DNA of 55,549 nt from a virus. Lineage: Duplodnaviria > Caudoviricetes. Both the position numbers and the translations under genes were made by a program. This document shows positions 8,450 through 17,280 of the stretch, piece by piece. Within the stretch, counting starts at the first letter, position 1, and every line of letters begins with the position of its first letter. The stretch lies in the IMG/VR virus record IMGVR_UViG_3300028138_000005, positions 1 through 55,549 of that record; one strand, given 5' to 3'. The notes under the pieces were generated by a model. It did no database searches. It worked only from the letters and a program-made list of their open reading frames with translations, and had not been told where the DNA came from.

Positions 8450-8652
8450 AGGCCTTGTTGGTTTAAAGCCGGCCGGATATTGCCTTTGTCGATGCAGTCG
8501 GAACAGAACCACCTTTGATTGAGCCGGCCCCAGCCTTTTGCCTTTGCGGTAGCTGAATGCACGGCCGCCTCTGGCAATACCTCTGGCAAGCCGGTTACGT
8601 ACGCCTCACACTTTGGCCCCTCACAGTAAATGGTCGCCTCGTAACGGATCAT
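8446..8652 (-). CDS. Zinc-finger protein, paralog of 8240-8449
   Basis: YEATIYCEGPKC...WFCSDC. Confidence 0.65.
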   Translation of the reverse strand: MIRYEATIYCEGPKCEAYVTGLPEVLPEAAVHSATAKAKGWGRLNQRWFCSDCIDKGNIRPALNQQGL

Positions 8653-8873
8653 GGCGTGGGCCTCGACAAATGCAGCCGCTCGGCGGCTTGTTGGTCCTGC
8701 CAGCACTCCCGGCAGCGTTTGCGGGCGGGCTCACCCTGGCTGTACTTCGCCCAGGCGATATGCCCACACTCAAGGTCAAACCGGTTCGAGCCGTGCCCTG
8801 GCCGGCTGTACTTGCTCTGGCAAAACGTAACTTTCTTCACTTTGCGGAGGGGGTAACGGTCTGGCCAGCTCAT
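8649..8873 (-). CDS. Zinc-finger hypothetical protein
   Basis: LECGH...RCREC motif. Confidence 0.6.
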   Translation of the reverse strand: MSWPDRYPLRKVKKVTFCQSKYSRPGHGSNRFDLECGHIAWAKYSQGEPARKRCRECWQDQQAAERLHLSRPTP

Positions 8874-9055
8874 GGCTCCTCCTTTTTCGCTTCGGTTGCG
8901 TAGGACTCGAAGGCCGCCAGCTTTATGTGCTCAATGGCCCCTATCAGGAGCGGCGCCCAGAGATTGCCCAGATACTTTTTGGTTACCTCGGCCAGCTCCT
9001 TGTGCGCCTCCTTGCAGAGGCGTATTTGTTCTTCCGGTGTGTGCTTTTCACTCAT
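8870..9055 (-). CDS. Hypothetical protein
   Basis: ATGA-coupled on both sides. Confidence 0.55.
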   Translation of the reverse strand: MSEKHTPEEQIRLCKEAHKELAEVTKKYLGNLWAPLLIGAIEHIKLAAFESYATEAKKEEP

Positions 9056-9897
9056 GCTTTGGCCTTTTTATGATACTGCTTCCACCAATCGCAAAACTGC
9101 GAAACCGCGCAATAATCCTCACATCGCGTCTGCACCCCGGGCCTATGTTCCACGTACAGCTTGGGGTCTGGGGCGGCTTTGACGGTCGCCTCGATCTCAG
9201 TGTCGTACAGCCGGATCGCCCGTTTGTTGCCTTCCTTCATCACGGCCCAGACTTCCGGCCGCGCCCAGCGTTCCAGGGGGGTGCATTCGGGCAAAGTCCC
9301 ATTCTGGGCCGCAATATGAGCCGATAGCCGGCCGGCAATGAAGGCCTCTTGGCGCTCCGCGGTCCAGATCGGCACGGACAACACTTGCACCTGGGACCGG
9401 GGGTAGTCACTATCCCGCCTTGCGGCGCCAACGGACCAATCCCGGTAGATGGCAACGATCTGCGCGGCCCTGACCGTGACGCCATTCTCCCGGCAGAGGA
9501 GCGCGTTTATGTTCATCTGCTGTTCCCACTCCGGTTTGACGCCATCCTTTGCAGCCCAGATCGAGGTTAGCTTATAGTCCAGTAGGGCTTCATTGTTCCA
9601 AAGGTCTATCTGGCCGCCGATCTTCCTGCCCATGCGCGTTGCAAAAAACCGCTTTTCTGCGAGCTCTTTACTGGCTGATCTCTCGAGGATTAAATGGCCA
9701 ATTTGCCCAATGAGGGACCAGATCCGCTCACTGGCATCTTCGGTGAGCTCGGCAGCATGGCGCCGCTCGAGCGCCACGATCCGCGCCGGCTTTATAAGCG
9801 TGGTTGTCGAGTAATCGCAATCCCCACTTGAGTAGGGGTCATTGGTAACGGCCCGAAATAACGGCTCAGGCAGGCCGGCTGTGTTTGTGTATTTCAC
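9052..9897 (-). CDS. PD-(D/E)XK (Cas4/RecB-like) recombination exonuclease
   Basis: GQIGH, EKRF, GGQIDL, LDYKLTS, EQQMN motifs and C-terminal RCEDYCAVSQFC. Confidence 0.85.
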   Translation of the reverse strand: MKYTNTAGLPEPLFRAVTNDPYSSGDCDYSTTTLIKPARIVALERRHAAELTEDASERIWSLIGQIGHLILERSASKELAEKRFFATRMGRKIGGQIDLWNNEALLDYKLTSIWAAKDGVKPEWEQQMNINALLCRENGVTVRAAQIVAIYRDWSVGAARRDSDYPRSQVQVLSVPIWTAERQEAFIAGRLSAHIAAQNGTLPECTPLERWARPEVWAVMKEGNKRAIRLYDTEIEATVKAAPDPKLYVEHRPGVQTRCEDYCAVSQFCDWWKQYHKKAKA

Positions 9898-10144
9898 GCT
9901 GTTTTTTTCTCCATTTTCTGTTCGCTATCCGCATTCTCAATCGAAAGGCCTCGGGATTTCTGGTCCGATCCGCTTTTTGTCTTTGGGCGTAAAGCTCCCG
10001 CCTGGGTAGGTAGTAAGCACGGTAGTAGATCCCGTGACACTCTTTGCACCAAGGCTGTAGCCCATGCCACGCAGAAGCGGAGATCCGCCGAGTGTAAAAG
10101 GCTGAATTTGGCCGGCGCCGTTTGCATTTCCCGCACGTTTTCAT
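9866..10144 (-). CDS. Zinc-finger protein resembling the N-terminal DNA-binding part of an HNH endonuclease (no nuclease domain)
   Basis: KTCGKC...FY...GLQPWCKEC followed by a basic helix. Confidence 0.6.
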   Translation of the reverse strand: MKTCGKCKRRRPNSAFYTRRISASAWHGLQPWCKECHGIYYRAYYLPRRELYAQRQKADRTRNPEAFRLRMRIANRKWRKKQREIHKHSRPA

Positions 10145-11665
10145 CTAAAACGGGACGTCATCTTCCTCCTGCTGGGCCGCATGGTCCGCGGCCTCGGCGG
10201 CTACTTCGCGTTGGACGGACTTGCCTATTTCGGTCTGGCCGCCTTCGGTGTCCCCCTTGTGCTTCTCGGCGTAATCCGCCGCGCACGCGTCCAGGGCCTC
10301 GCGAAACTGGGTGTCTATGGCAATCTGGGCCGGCGTGTTGGGCCGCTCCTGCCCATCGTTACCCGTCCAGCTCTTTTTGACTTCGAAATGGGCGATGAAG
10401 CCAAATAGCCGCTTGGCCCCATCCGGATCGTGCCGAGCCTCGTAAAGGTCGCCCACGGTATCAGGGTCCGTGAGGTAATCATCCCGGCGCTCCCCCCGGG
10501 GGGGTATCGGGCAGATAATGTCCCGCCACCATTCCGGATCCCTGGGTTTGACTGCCGCGGCTGGCGTGGGCGCTGGGCTCGAGCCAGCTTGACCTAAAGC
10601 CGGATTGATCGGGTTGGGCCTGTATGGCTGCACCAAGTCGCCACCGTTTTCGAAGTTTTTGAAGCACTCCAACAGGGCCGCATTCTGCTTGGCAGTGATT
10701 GGCACGCACTGAAGCGGCAGATCCTCGACTGTCTCACCTTTGGACAGTAGCCAGCCAAGTTTGATGAAAAACTCTTTGGCGATGTCAAGATCGGCGAATT
10801 GCCGTAGGAGTTTCCCCCTCGAGTTGGCATCGGCATAAGGCACAACCTTATGGCTGGGTGTAGCTGCGCGGGGGGTAGCAGCAGCTTTTGGGGTGCTGGG
10901 CCTATGTTGGGACCTACCAGCGCGTCCTGGGGCATTCTGGGCCTCGGAACCCTCCTCCTCGGCCGGATCCGGTAGTTTCTCCTCGAGGTCCTGGGTCCAG
11001 AGCTCGCTAGTGTTGGTCGCGTTAATGGCCGCGGCCACTAAAGCCCGCTTAAAAGCCATCTTTCGCACGGTGTTCCATGTGTCCGCTGGGTTAGGGTTTT
11101 CGGCCTTGGCCGTGCTCTGGTTGACAATCCGCGGATCGTCGAGGTCGAACTTGGCCCCGCACCCGCCTTTCTTGGCCCAGCAAAAGTACCCTGGCGGCCC
11201 TTTGCGGGACTCAAGGATTGTCGGGCTGCCGCATTCGGGACATTTCCTGCCGGCCTTTCTGTACCGGTACTTCTCCTCAAGGGTTGAGCAGGTTCCTACC
11301 CCGTCCCACTCCCGGCCCGTCTGGCTTTTGACCGTTACGGTGAACTCGTACTCCCTGTGCCAGCCGGGATACTCGTGCAGCACTTCCTTTTTGACGTACT
11401 CGGTGAGCTGGAAGGTCATAAGGAGCTTTTGCGCCCCGGGCTGCAGGAGGGTAGGCCTATCAATCCCGGGGATCTTCCCGTAGTCCTGGCCCTCCTTCAT
11501 CACGTTCCGCATGACATCACGGATGAAATCAAGGTTGGCTTTGAGCTCGTTGACGCCCATGGCATGGCCTACGGCGCCGGCCTGGGAGGTTTGAAGCGCC
11601 ATGCTGCCCTGGGGCTGCTGCTGGTGTCCTGGCGCCGGTTCGATGTCGATCGCTTTGTCGTTCAT
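10145..11665 (-). CDS. Putative ssDNA-annealing protein with zinc-ribbon insert and SSB-like acidic tail
   Basis: DYGKIPG-RPTLLQPGAQKL, GVGTCSTLE, NTVRKMAFKRALVAA...WTQDLE; ends EEDDVPF; next to the exonuclease. Confidence 0.65.
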   Translation of the reverse strand: MNDKAIDIEPAPGHQQQPQGSMALQTSQAGAVGHAMGVNELKANLDFIRDVMRNVMKEGQDYGKIPGIDRPTLLQPGAQKLLMTFQLTEYVKKEVLHEYPGWHREYEFTVTVKSQTGREWDGVGTCSTLEEKYRYRKAGRKCPECGSPTILESRKGPPGYFCWAKKGGCGAKFDLDDPRIVNQSTAKAENPNPADTWNTVRKMAFKRALVAAAINATNTSELWTQDLEEKLPDPAEEEGSEAQNAPGRAGRSQHRPSTPKAAATPRAATPSHKVVPYADANSRGKLLRQFADLDIAKEFFIKLGWLLSKGETVEDLPLQCVPITAKQNAALLECFKNFENGGDLVQPYRPNPINPALGQAGSSPAPTPAAAVKPRDPEWWRDIICPIPPRGERRDDYLTDPDTVGDLYEARHDPDGAKRLFGFIAHFEVKKSWTGNDGQERPNTPAQIAIDTQFREALDACAADYAEKHKGDTEGGQTEIGKSVQREVAAEAADHAAQQEEDDVPF

Positions 11666-11919
11666 ATTGGATACTCCGGATCTTCGGTCTTTGAGCACGA
11701 AACGATCAGGCCGCCATCCCCTGTCAGCGCGATCGTGATTTTCTTTTTGTCTGTGGACCACATTTCGTACACGCCATGGGATGCTGGGCGCCGGCCTTTG
11801 GCGAGGTCCACGTCATCCAGGCCTGAAATCATCAGGCCCGCCGCCCCATGCGCCTTTAACACGTAGGAGCGAAGGACCTTTAATTGATACTTGGTGACTG
11901 GCTCGAGGGGTGCGCTCAT
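11662..11919 (-). CDS. Hypothetical protein
   Basis: ATGA-coupled on both sides. Confidence 0.55.
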   Translation of the reverse strand: MSAPLEPVTKYQLKVLRSYVLKAHGAAGLMISGLDDVDLAKGRRPASHGVYEMWSTDKKKITIALTGDGGLIVSCSKTEDPEYPI

Positions 11920-12233
11920 GCTTTTACTTCTCCGTATTCGGTTTCCCAGGTCCGCGGCTCTGGTTCCCGGTTTGTGTTCCAAGTGGTTATCGCCCAGGCG
12001 CTATTGCCCTGGCCAATGGGATCGCCGCACAAGTCGCAACGGATCGAGCTCATGGCCTCATGGACTTTGAAGGCAAGGCCAGTCGGGGTTTCGCTGATTA
12101 CCATTATGCCGTGATGGGCCGGCACTGGGCCAATCTCGAGGAGCAGGCGCCTTGCGTGTATGCCCATCGCGAGATCCTCGGGGTGAAGCGCCCAGCCTCC
12201 CCCACACTTTTTGCAGAGTATGCGCCGAGTCAT
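11916..12233 (-). CDS. Zinc-finger hypothetical protein
   Basis: CKKC and CDLC pairs. Confidence 0.6.
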   Translation of the reverse strand: MTRRILCKKCGGGWALHPEDLAMGIHARRLLLEIGPVPAHHGIMVISETPTGLAFKVHEAMSSIRCDLCGDPIGQGNSAWAITTWNTNREPEPRTWETEYGEVKA

Positions 12234-12460
12234 CGTTCCTCCTCCACTTCCTCATGGCGCCTTAGATAGTCGTAAGCCCGTTCCGCCATGTCCCCGGCGT
12301 AAGAGCTGTAGCTCAAACCGTCCCGGGCATCTGACCGGCTACGTACCTCCTGCTGATCTGGTATGCCGTGCTCCTCCATGCTGAGCCTTAAGTCGTCCGC
12401 CTCGCCGTGGTGGCCGCTCAGTTCCATTTCGCGGATAATTTCCCGGTAGTTCATAATCAA
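12230..12460 (-). CDS. Hypothetical protein
   Basis: Coupled ORF. Confidence 0.55.
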   Translation of the reverse strand: MIMNYREIIREMELSGHHGEADDLRLSMEEHGIPDQQEVRSRSDARDGLSYSSYAGDMAERAYDYLRRHEEVEEER

Positions 12461-12852
12461 AAGGAGTCGGTTGGTTCCCTGGGGACGCTGAGATTCTCGA
12501 GCTCTGCAGCGGGACTGTCGGGAGTCGGCACCGGCTCGGGCCGCGGGCCCGCAACCCCGGCATTGACCAAGTCGCCGGCCTCGATGGCGTGTACGTGGTT
12601 GTTCATCGCCTCAATGCTGCGCTCGATGTTCTTCTTGGTTTCCTCGGCAACCATAGCCGCGGCCTCGCAGATCGCGGGCCCGATGAAGGCAAGCAGGCGC
12701 TCGGAGATCGTTTCGTTCAAGGTCAGACTGTGCTCACTGTGGCTGCCGGCGTAAGTGATTTTGCACTTGTACTTTCCCGGGTTGTCCTCGTAACTCTGGT
12801 TTTGGTGTATGTGCAGCTCCCTCATAATGAGCTCACTGTTTGCGTTTTGCAT
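12457..12852 (-). CDS. Hypothetical protein
   Basis: AAAGGA RBS upstream; protein-like composition. Confidence 0.65.
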   Translation of the reverse strand: MQNANSELIMRELHIHQNQSYEDNPGKYKCKITYAGSHSEHSLTLNETISERLLAFIGPAICEAAAMVAEETKKNIERSIEAMNNHVHAIEAGDLVNAGVAGPRPEPVPTPDSPAAELENLSVPREPTDSF

Positions 12853-12986
12853 GTTTTTTTCCTTTGTTTGTTTTTTAAAAAGGCGCCGGCCCCAGCTATC
12901 CCTGATCGGAGTTGTAATGGTCCCCGCTCAGACTGGCCGATGGCCGGCACCCAAATCGTTCACTCACCTTTTTAACCTTGGTTTCC

Positions 12987-13196
12987 TCAAGTAAGTATTC
13001 CACGTCGATCACGTCCCCAGTTCTGAGCTCTGCCCAATGCGCTTCGATCCACTCGTGGGCTAAGAACATCGTGCGCGTGGACTGGCCCCATTGGAAACGA
13101 TCGTAAGCGGCCTGGGTGCTGTGGCCGTGAGAGCTCGATCACCACGTTCCCATGGATCTTGCTGCATTTGGGGCACCACTGGATCGGGTTGTTCAT
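12987..13196 (-). CDS. Hypothetical protein, first gene of the leftward early operon
   Basis: GAAAGGG RBS; CPKC motif. Confidence 0.45.
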   Translation of the reverse strand: MNNPIQWCPKCSKIHGNVVIELSRPQHPGRLRSFPMGPVHAHDVLSPRVDRSALGRAQNWGRDRRGILT

Positions 13197-13199
13197 CGG

Positions 13200-13449
13200 C
13201 GGCCCTTTCTAGTGAGCCGGATCCGGCGCGGGGGTTTATCCCAGTTTGGGCTTTTGCAAAAGCGGCATACTACTGGATGCGGCTTGCGAGGATACCACTG
13301 GCGAAGGCACCGAAAACAAGTGAGGATTGGCAGCTCTACAGTTTGCATGATTCAAAACCCTACACATCTGTAAAATTACTGCAAGAATTTTCTTGAGCTT
13401 TTTTCGCCCGCGTGCATAAATAGGGAAGCGCGGAACGAAAGGCAATGCA
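13200..13449. promoter_or_regulatory. Divergent early control region
   Basis: Non-coding gap between divergent operons; palindromes GCCGGATCCGGC (13216-13227), GCTTTTGCAAAAGC (13250-13263), CAAGAAttTTCTTG (13382-13395); AT-rich promoter-like segment. Confidence 0.6.
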
Positions 13450-13746
13450 ATGCAGATACAAGATCCGGTTAGTAGTTGGCACACACCCGAGGCGGCCTAT
13501 GACGCTGGGGATCGGCAGTGGTTCCCGTGCACCGAGGCATTTTATTACGAGATGCTCGAAGCCCCTTTGAATTGGACCGAATCGCGGGCGCTGGGCTCGT
13601 GCTTCGCCGTGTGTGAAGCCTGGAAGGATGGCCCAGAGGGGCGGCCGCTTCACTTGTGGTTCAGTGCTCGCCATGGCGGCTACTTCTGCCGCGTGGCAAC
13701 CTGCCGGGAGATAGCCCAGGAGATCGCAGCCTATGCAAAACCCTAA
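13450..13746 (+). CDS. Hypothetical early protein
   Basis: RBS GAAAGG; TEAFYYEMLEAP...FAVCEA pattern. Confidence 0.65.
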   Translation: MQIQDPVSSWHTPEAAYDAGDRQWFPCTEAFYYEMLEAPLNWTESRALGSCFAVCEAWKDGPEGRPLHLWFSARHGGYFCRVATCREIAQEIAAYAKP

Positions 13747-13957
13747 CTGTGACGGGAGCGGCCCGTGCGACTTGGGCGAGGTCCGAGTTCTGCCATGGAC
13801 CCGGGACAAGCACGGCGGCAACTCGATCCTCTGCCGGCTGTGTTTCAGCCGGGAGATCCAATACCGGATCGAGCGAAACAAGGAGCTCGCCAAAGATTGC
13901 CAGTACGACTTGCCGGCCTGGGAAAGCTGCAAGGTTTACGGGGAGGATGCGCCGTGA
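13733..13957 (+). CDS. Cys-rich hypothetical early protein
   Basis: NPNCDGSGPC...EVRVLP...GGNSILCRLC; AGGAG RBS. Confidence 0.65.
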   Translation: MQNPNCDGSGPCDLGEVRVLPWTRDKHGGNSILCRLCFSREIQYRIERNKELAKDCQYDLPAWESCKVYGEDAP

Positions 13958-14160
13958 AATATGACGTATTCACCCGGGACTTTTGGAAGCCGGCCGAAAG
14001 CCCAGGCTGGCCCGATAACCGCGAACCGCACCCAGGCCCCAAGACTTACATTGCCCGCGGCGTGACATGGGCTCAGGCCCGGGCGATCTGCTTTGGCTGG
14101 AACTCAACCCATGAGCCGGGACCCATGAGCAACAAGGCCGAATTTGAGGAGGCCGCTTGA
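13954..14160 (+). CDS. Hypothetical early protein
   Basis: GTGA coupling; YDVFTRDFWK...WN...NKAEFE. Confidence 0.65.
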   Translation: MKYDVFTRDFWKPAESPGWPDNREPHPGPKTYIARGVTWAQARAICFGWNSTHEPGPMSNKAEFEEAA

Positions 14161-14570
14161 AAAAGTACATTGGCTTACGTGTGGCCGGTATCGGCTGCGA
14201 GGTTTACGCCGAGGAGGGCGGCAAAGGCTACCCCCTGCCGCTGCGCTTAGACCTCTTCAACCATTCCCCGGACGGTTTCGAGTGGGGATACGGCGGGAGC
14301 GGGCCGGCCCAGCTCGCCCTGGCGATCCTGGCTGACTTCCTGGGGCCGGCGCCCAGCCCGAATAAGTGCCCTTACTGCGGCTCAACAATGATCAACTGGA
14401 AGTGCAGGGAACCAGAATGCGCCTATGACGGGGATGTCGCTGGGGAAAAGTGGCGTGAGGCTGTGCAACTGCACCAAGCCTTCAAGGCGGACGTGATCGC
14501 CAAACTCAAAACGGATCGCTTTGTCATCGAAGGCGCCGAGCTTTCAAAGTGGATCGAGGCCCACAAGTGA
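14157..14570 (+). CDS. DUF6166-like protein with zinc-finger insert
   Basis: NHSPDGFEWGYGGSGPAQLALAILAD signature. Confidence 0.75.
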   Translation: MKKYIGLRVAGIGCEVYAEEGGKGYPLPLRLDLFNHSPDGFEWGYGGSGPAQLALAILADFLGPAPSPNKCPYCGSTMINWKCREPECAYDGDVAGEKWREAVQLHQAFKADVIAKLKTDRFVIEGAELSKWIEAHK

Positions 14571-14752
14571 GACTGGCTTATAAGGACGTCGAAGTTTCCT
14601 CCCGGGTGGACGGCGAGAAAGTGCCGGCTAAGCTGTGCACCTGCCCCAACTGCCAGGGCGAGGAGTGGATCGTTTATCTGGTCCGCGATCATCCGCATTT
14701 GCAGTGTGTCGCGTGCGGTGAAACCTTCTGCCAGGGGGATTGCCGCCAATGA
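14567..14752 (+). CDS. Zinc-ribbon hypothetical protein
   Basis: CPNC...HLQCVACG. Confidence 0.6.
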   Translation: MRLAYKDVEVSSRVDGEKVPAKLCTCPNCQGEEWIVYLVRDHPHLQCVACGETFCQGDCRQ

Positions 14753-15060
14753 GGAAACAAACTGCCCTGTGGACGTGCAAGGACGGGACCCGCTTACGGA
14801 TCTGCGACATGGAGGATTCGCACCTTTTGAACACGATCCGGCTTTGTATGCGCGTGGCGCGTCACCGGCTGAGCCTGGAAATTAACGCCGGCTATTCCGT
14901 GTTGAGCACCTTGCAGGGCGAAATGGCAACCCTTTTTTGTGAGCAGGACCTTGACCGATTGGAGGACATGACGCCGGATGAGTATCTCTGCCAGACTTTT
15001 CCCCTTTACGAAAAGCTCCTGGCTGAATTGGAACGGAGGAAGCTTGATCACCCAGGATAA
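14749..15060 (+). CDS. Hypothetical phage protein
   Basis: WTCKDG...ICDMEDSHLLNTI motif common in phage early genes. Confidence 0.65.
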   Translation: MRKQTALWTCKDGTRLRICDMEDSHLLNTIRLCMRVARHRLSLEINAGYSVLSTLQGEMATLFCEQDLDRLEDMTPDEYLCQTFPLYEKLLAELERRKLDHPG

Positions 15061-15064
15061 AAAA

Positions 15065-15298
15065 ATGGAACTGGCCCTTGAGGCTGTGTTGTTGTTCCAC
15101 TCCGGATCGCCCTGGGACGATGATAAGCGGATACGCTGGCAGATTACGGCCAAGATTCTACTCGGCCCGTGCACGCTCCTAAGCTCTCACGGCCTGCCTG
15201 TTGACCAGTGGGAGGCAACAACCCGGGTTTTGTGCGACATGGTACGGGCCGCCCGTGCTAGTACGGATGGACAAGCGCCCGCGGATCTGGCACAGTGA
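15065..15298 (+). CDS. Hypothetical protein
   Basis: ALEAVLLFHSGSPWD...EATTRVLCDMVR. Confidence 0.6.
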   Translation: MELALEAVLLFHSGSPWDDDKRIRWQITAKILLGPCTLLSSHGLPVDQWEATTRVLCDMVRAARASTDGQAPADLAQ

Positions 15299-15536
15299 TT
15301 TTGCAATGCAGAGCACCAATCAAACTTTGTCCCGCCCGGGGAAATCTCTCATGAGTCAGCGTGATACTAGCCCGTCGCGTCTGCTCGGTCTGCATTGCAA
15401 CCCTGGGCGGGGCTTCTTAAAAAAGGAAATGCAATGCAGAACACAAAAGAGTCCTGCCGGGATTGTGCTACGCCTTACGTAGCGCACGCGGCTGCTGGCT
15501 TAGCTGCCCCAGGTGCGGCGGCCATAGAAGGGACGG

Positions 15537-15845
15537 GTGGGCGTGAAAATTGACCTTACCAACGAGGAGGCCGCTATGTGCGCCGGCATGTTGCTAGCTG
15601 TGGCCCTCAAAGGCCTGCCCATGGCCATCAAACTCTATTCCGCCGCGCTGCTAGTTGTCGGCACCCCAGGGGAGATCCGCAAGCGGGCCGAGCGCCTGAT
15701 CGTGAAGCTTGAGGAGGCGGCCCAGGCTGAAGGCAAGGACCGGATCGACTGTAACGAGGCCATTCGGGCGATCCGCGCCTACCTCAAGATCATTGACGCC
15801 AACGGCGGCCCAGTCACAGATCAAATGTTCTCCCTGGCCGAGTAA
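15537..15845 (+). CDS. Hypothetical protein
   Basis: GAAGGG RBS; helical protein. Confidence 0.6.
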   Translation: MGVKIDLTNEEAAMCAGMLLAVALKGLPMAIKLYSAALLVVGTPGEIRKRAERLIVKLEEAAQAEGKDRIDCNEAIRAIRAYLKIIDANGGPVTDQMFSLAE

Positions 15846-15943
15846 AATCGGTAGTTTCACGGACTATTATTTTTCAGCCGGCGTGATAAGCTACCCTTGC
15901 AATGCAGTATTATTTTTCAGCCGCAACCCCTCCCGCCAAGCCT

Positions 15944-16093
15944 ATGAAGTCCCCCGATGAACTCCACGCCATGCTCGCCAGTACGCGCTCTGCCCAGGAG
16001 TGCAGCCTCGCCGATAAACTCTGGATCACCCTGGGCTTTATCATCCTAATCGGCATCCTCCTTGCCCTGGGCGCCCTGGGCGACTGCCTCTAA
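15944..16093 (+). CDS. Small single-TM membrane protein
   Basis: LWITLGFIILIGILLALGAL segment; alternative start at 15902. Confidence 0.5.
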   Translation: MKSPDELHAMLASTRSAQECSLADKLWITLGFIILIGILLALGALGDCL

Positions 16094-16190
16094 AAACCCA
16101 CCAGCTCCTCCACAGGCCCCGCGCCCTGCTCTCTCCCAGGCCGGCGCCTTTCCCTTGCCACAGCTCGCCGGCGCCGCCATCTTGGCGCCC

Positions 16191-16556
16191 GTGCCTCTCT
16201 TCTCCTCCGACTCGGCCCGCGCTGCCGGCGCTAAAGGCAACGCCACTCAAGCCCGCCTCCGCGCCGCGGCTGGCATTCACCGTGCCCAGGTCGCCGAACT
16301 CGCAGCCATCCCCAGCGAATACGCCTCCTCCCGCCTGATACGTGTGCGCGATCTCCTCAACCAAATTGACTCGCAACTCGCCGCTGAGCTCCTCCGCGCA
16401 GTGCCAGACTCGCGCCGGCTCAAAGAACTAGCGGACGCCGCTCACCGGCTGCAGGAGCAGGAGCGCACGCTCGCCGGCCGGCCTCTCCCCGGCTCTCGGC
16501 GCCCAGGTGAAGCCGCGGCGCCTGCACCACGCCCAGGCCTGCCCACTCCGCGGTGA
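16191..16556 (+). CDS. Putative terminase small subunit
   Basis: GTG start, PLFSSDSARAAGAKG N-terminus then long helices; lies just before the compositional switch; assignment is inference. Confidence 0.35.
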   Translation: MPLFSSDSARAAGAKGNATQARLRAAAGIHRAQVAELAAIPSEYASSRLIRVRDLLNQIDSQLAAELLRAVPDSRRLKELADAAHRLQEQERTLAGRPLPGSRRPGEAAAPAPRPGLPTPR

Positions 16557-16994
16557 GCGCAGCCACGCCGGCCTTCACCGCGCCCAGGCTGATCGAAGGA
16601 CTTCAAGGCATCTCTTATTCGCTCGACCGTCCCCACACCCCCAACCCCATACCCCGCCTCGGTCGCGCCTTGGCCCGAGTAAGACTCCCACTTGCACGCT
16701 GAGTGGGTTTTGAGTGCGAAGCACATTGGCGGGAGAGGGTGGCGGGTTGACGTGGGGAGTTTTCTCAGGTATGAGAAATTATGGTGAGGGGGGAGTGAGT
16801 GGTGCGAAGTTGCGCTCTCACTCCCGATTTTGAAGGATTTGAGGGGGAGAGTCAGCACTGAGGTTTGTACATGGTGAGTCCACGGCGTTCGGGATTATCA
16901 ATGAGCCGTAGCCTGGACAAGAGGCGGCGGGCGAACGGTCGTGGGCGCCGTAGGGCTCTGACAAAAAGAGCTGGCTGGGGGAGGCTTGCTGCTG

Positions 16995-17260
16995 CGTTTT
17001 AGTGCAGTCTCGGGCCTGCCGAAGTTTGCTCTACCGGCTGTCGGCACCATCGGCCAGCGTCAATCACTTGGACGCGTAGTTGAGCACCCGTCTGTAATGA
17101 TGGGGTAGCCGCGCTGGCAACAGTGTCATTCCTCGGGTCACTTGGCCGCGAGTTAGTCATCCCTGGTGAGGGATTCGTGCGTGCACTTGATTTTGCAGGG
17201 TCGGTGCACTCCCTGCTTTCGCCCGTCCCTATGTCGTGGGGCGAAACCCTGGTAAGCGAG
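16995..17260 (-). ncRNA. Candidate structured non-coding RNA
   Basis: Dense stems: TTTCGCCC/GGGCGAAA, GCAGGG/CCCTGC with GTGCAC pseudoknot pairing, ATCCCT/AGGGAT, GCCAGCG/CGCTGGC. Confidence 0.35.
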
Positions 17261-17280
17261 AAATTGGAGTTGGGGTTCAT

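Noticed and set aside
15865-15923. 16-bp direct repeat with a 27-nt spacer as a mini-CRISPR
   Set aside because: Only two copies, too short, not palindromic, no cas genes; overlaps a promoter-like site.
16999-17280. 93-aa ORF as a protein gene
   Set aside because: Ser/Thr/Pro-rich non-globular sequence lying over dense RNA stems; treated as an ncRNA candidate instead.
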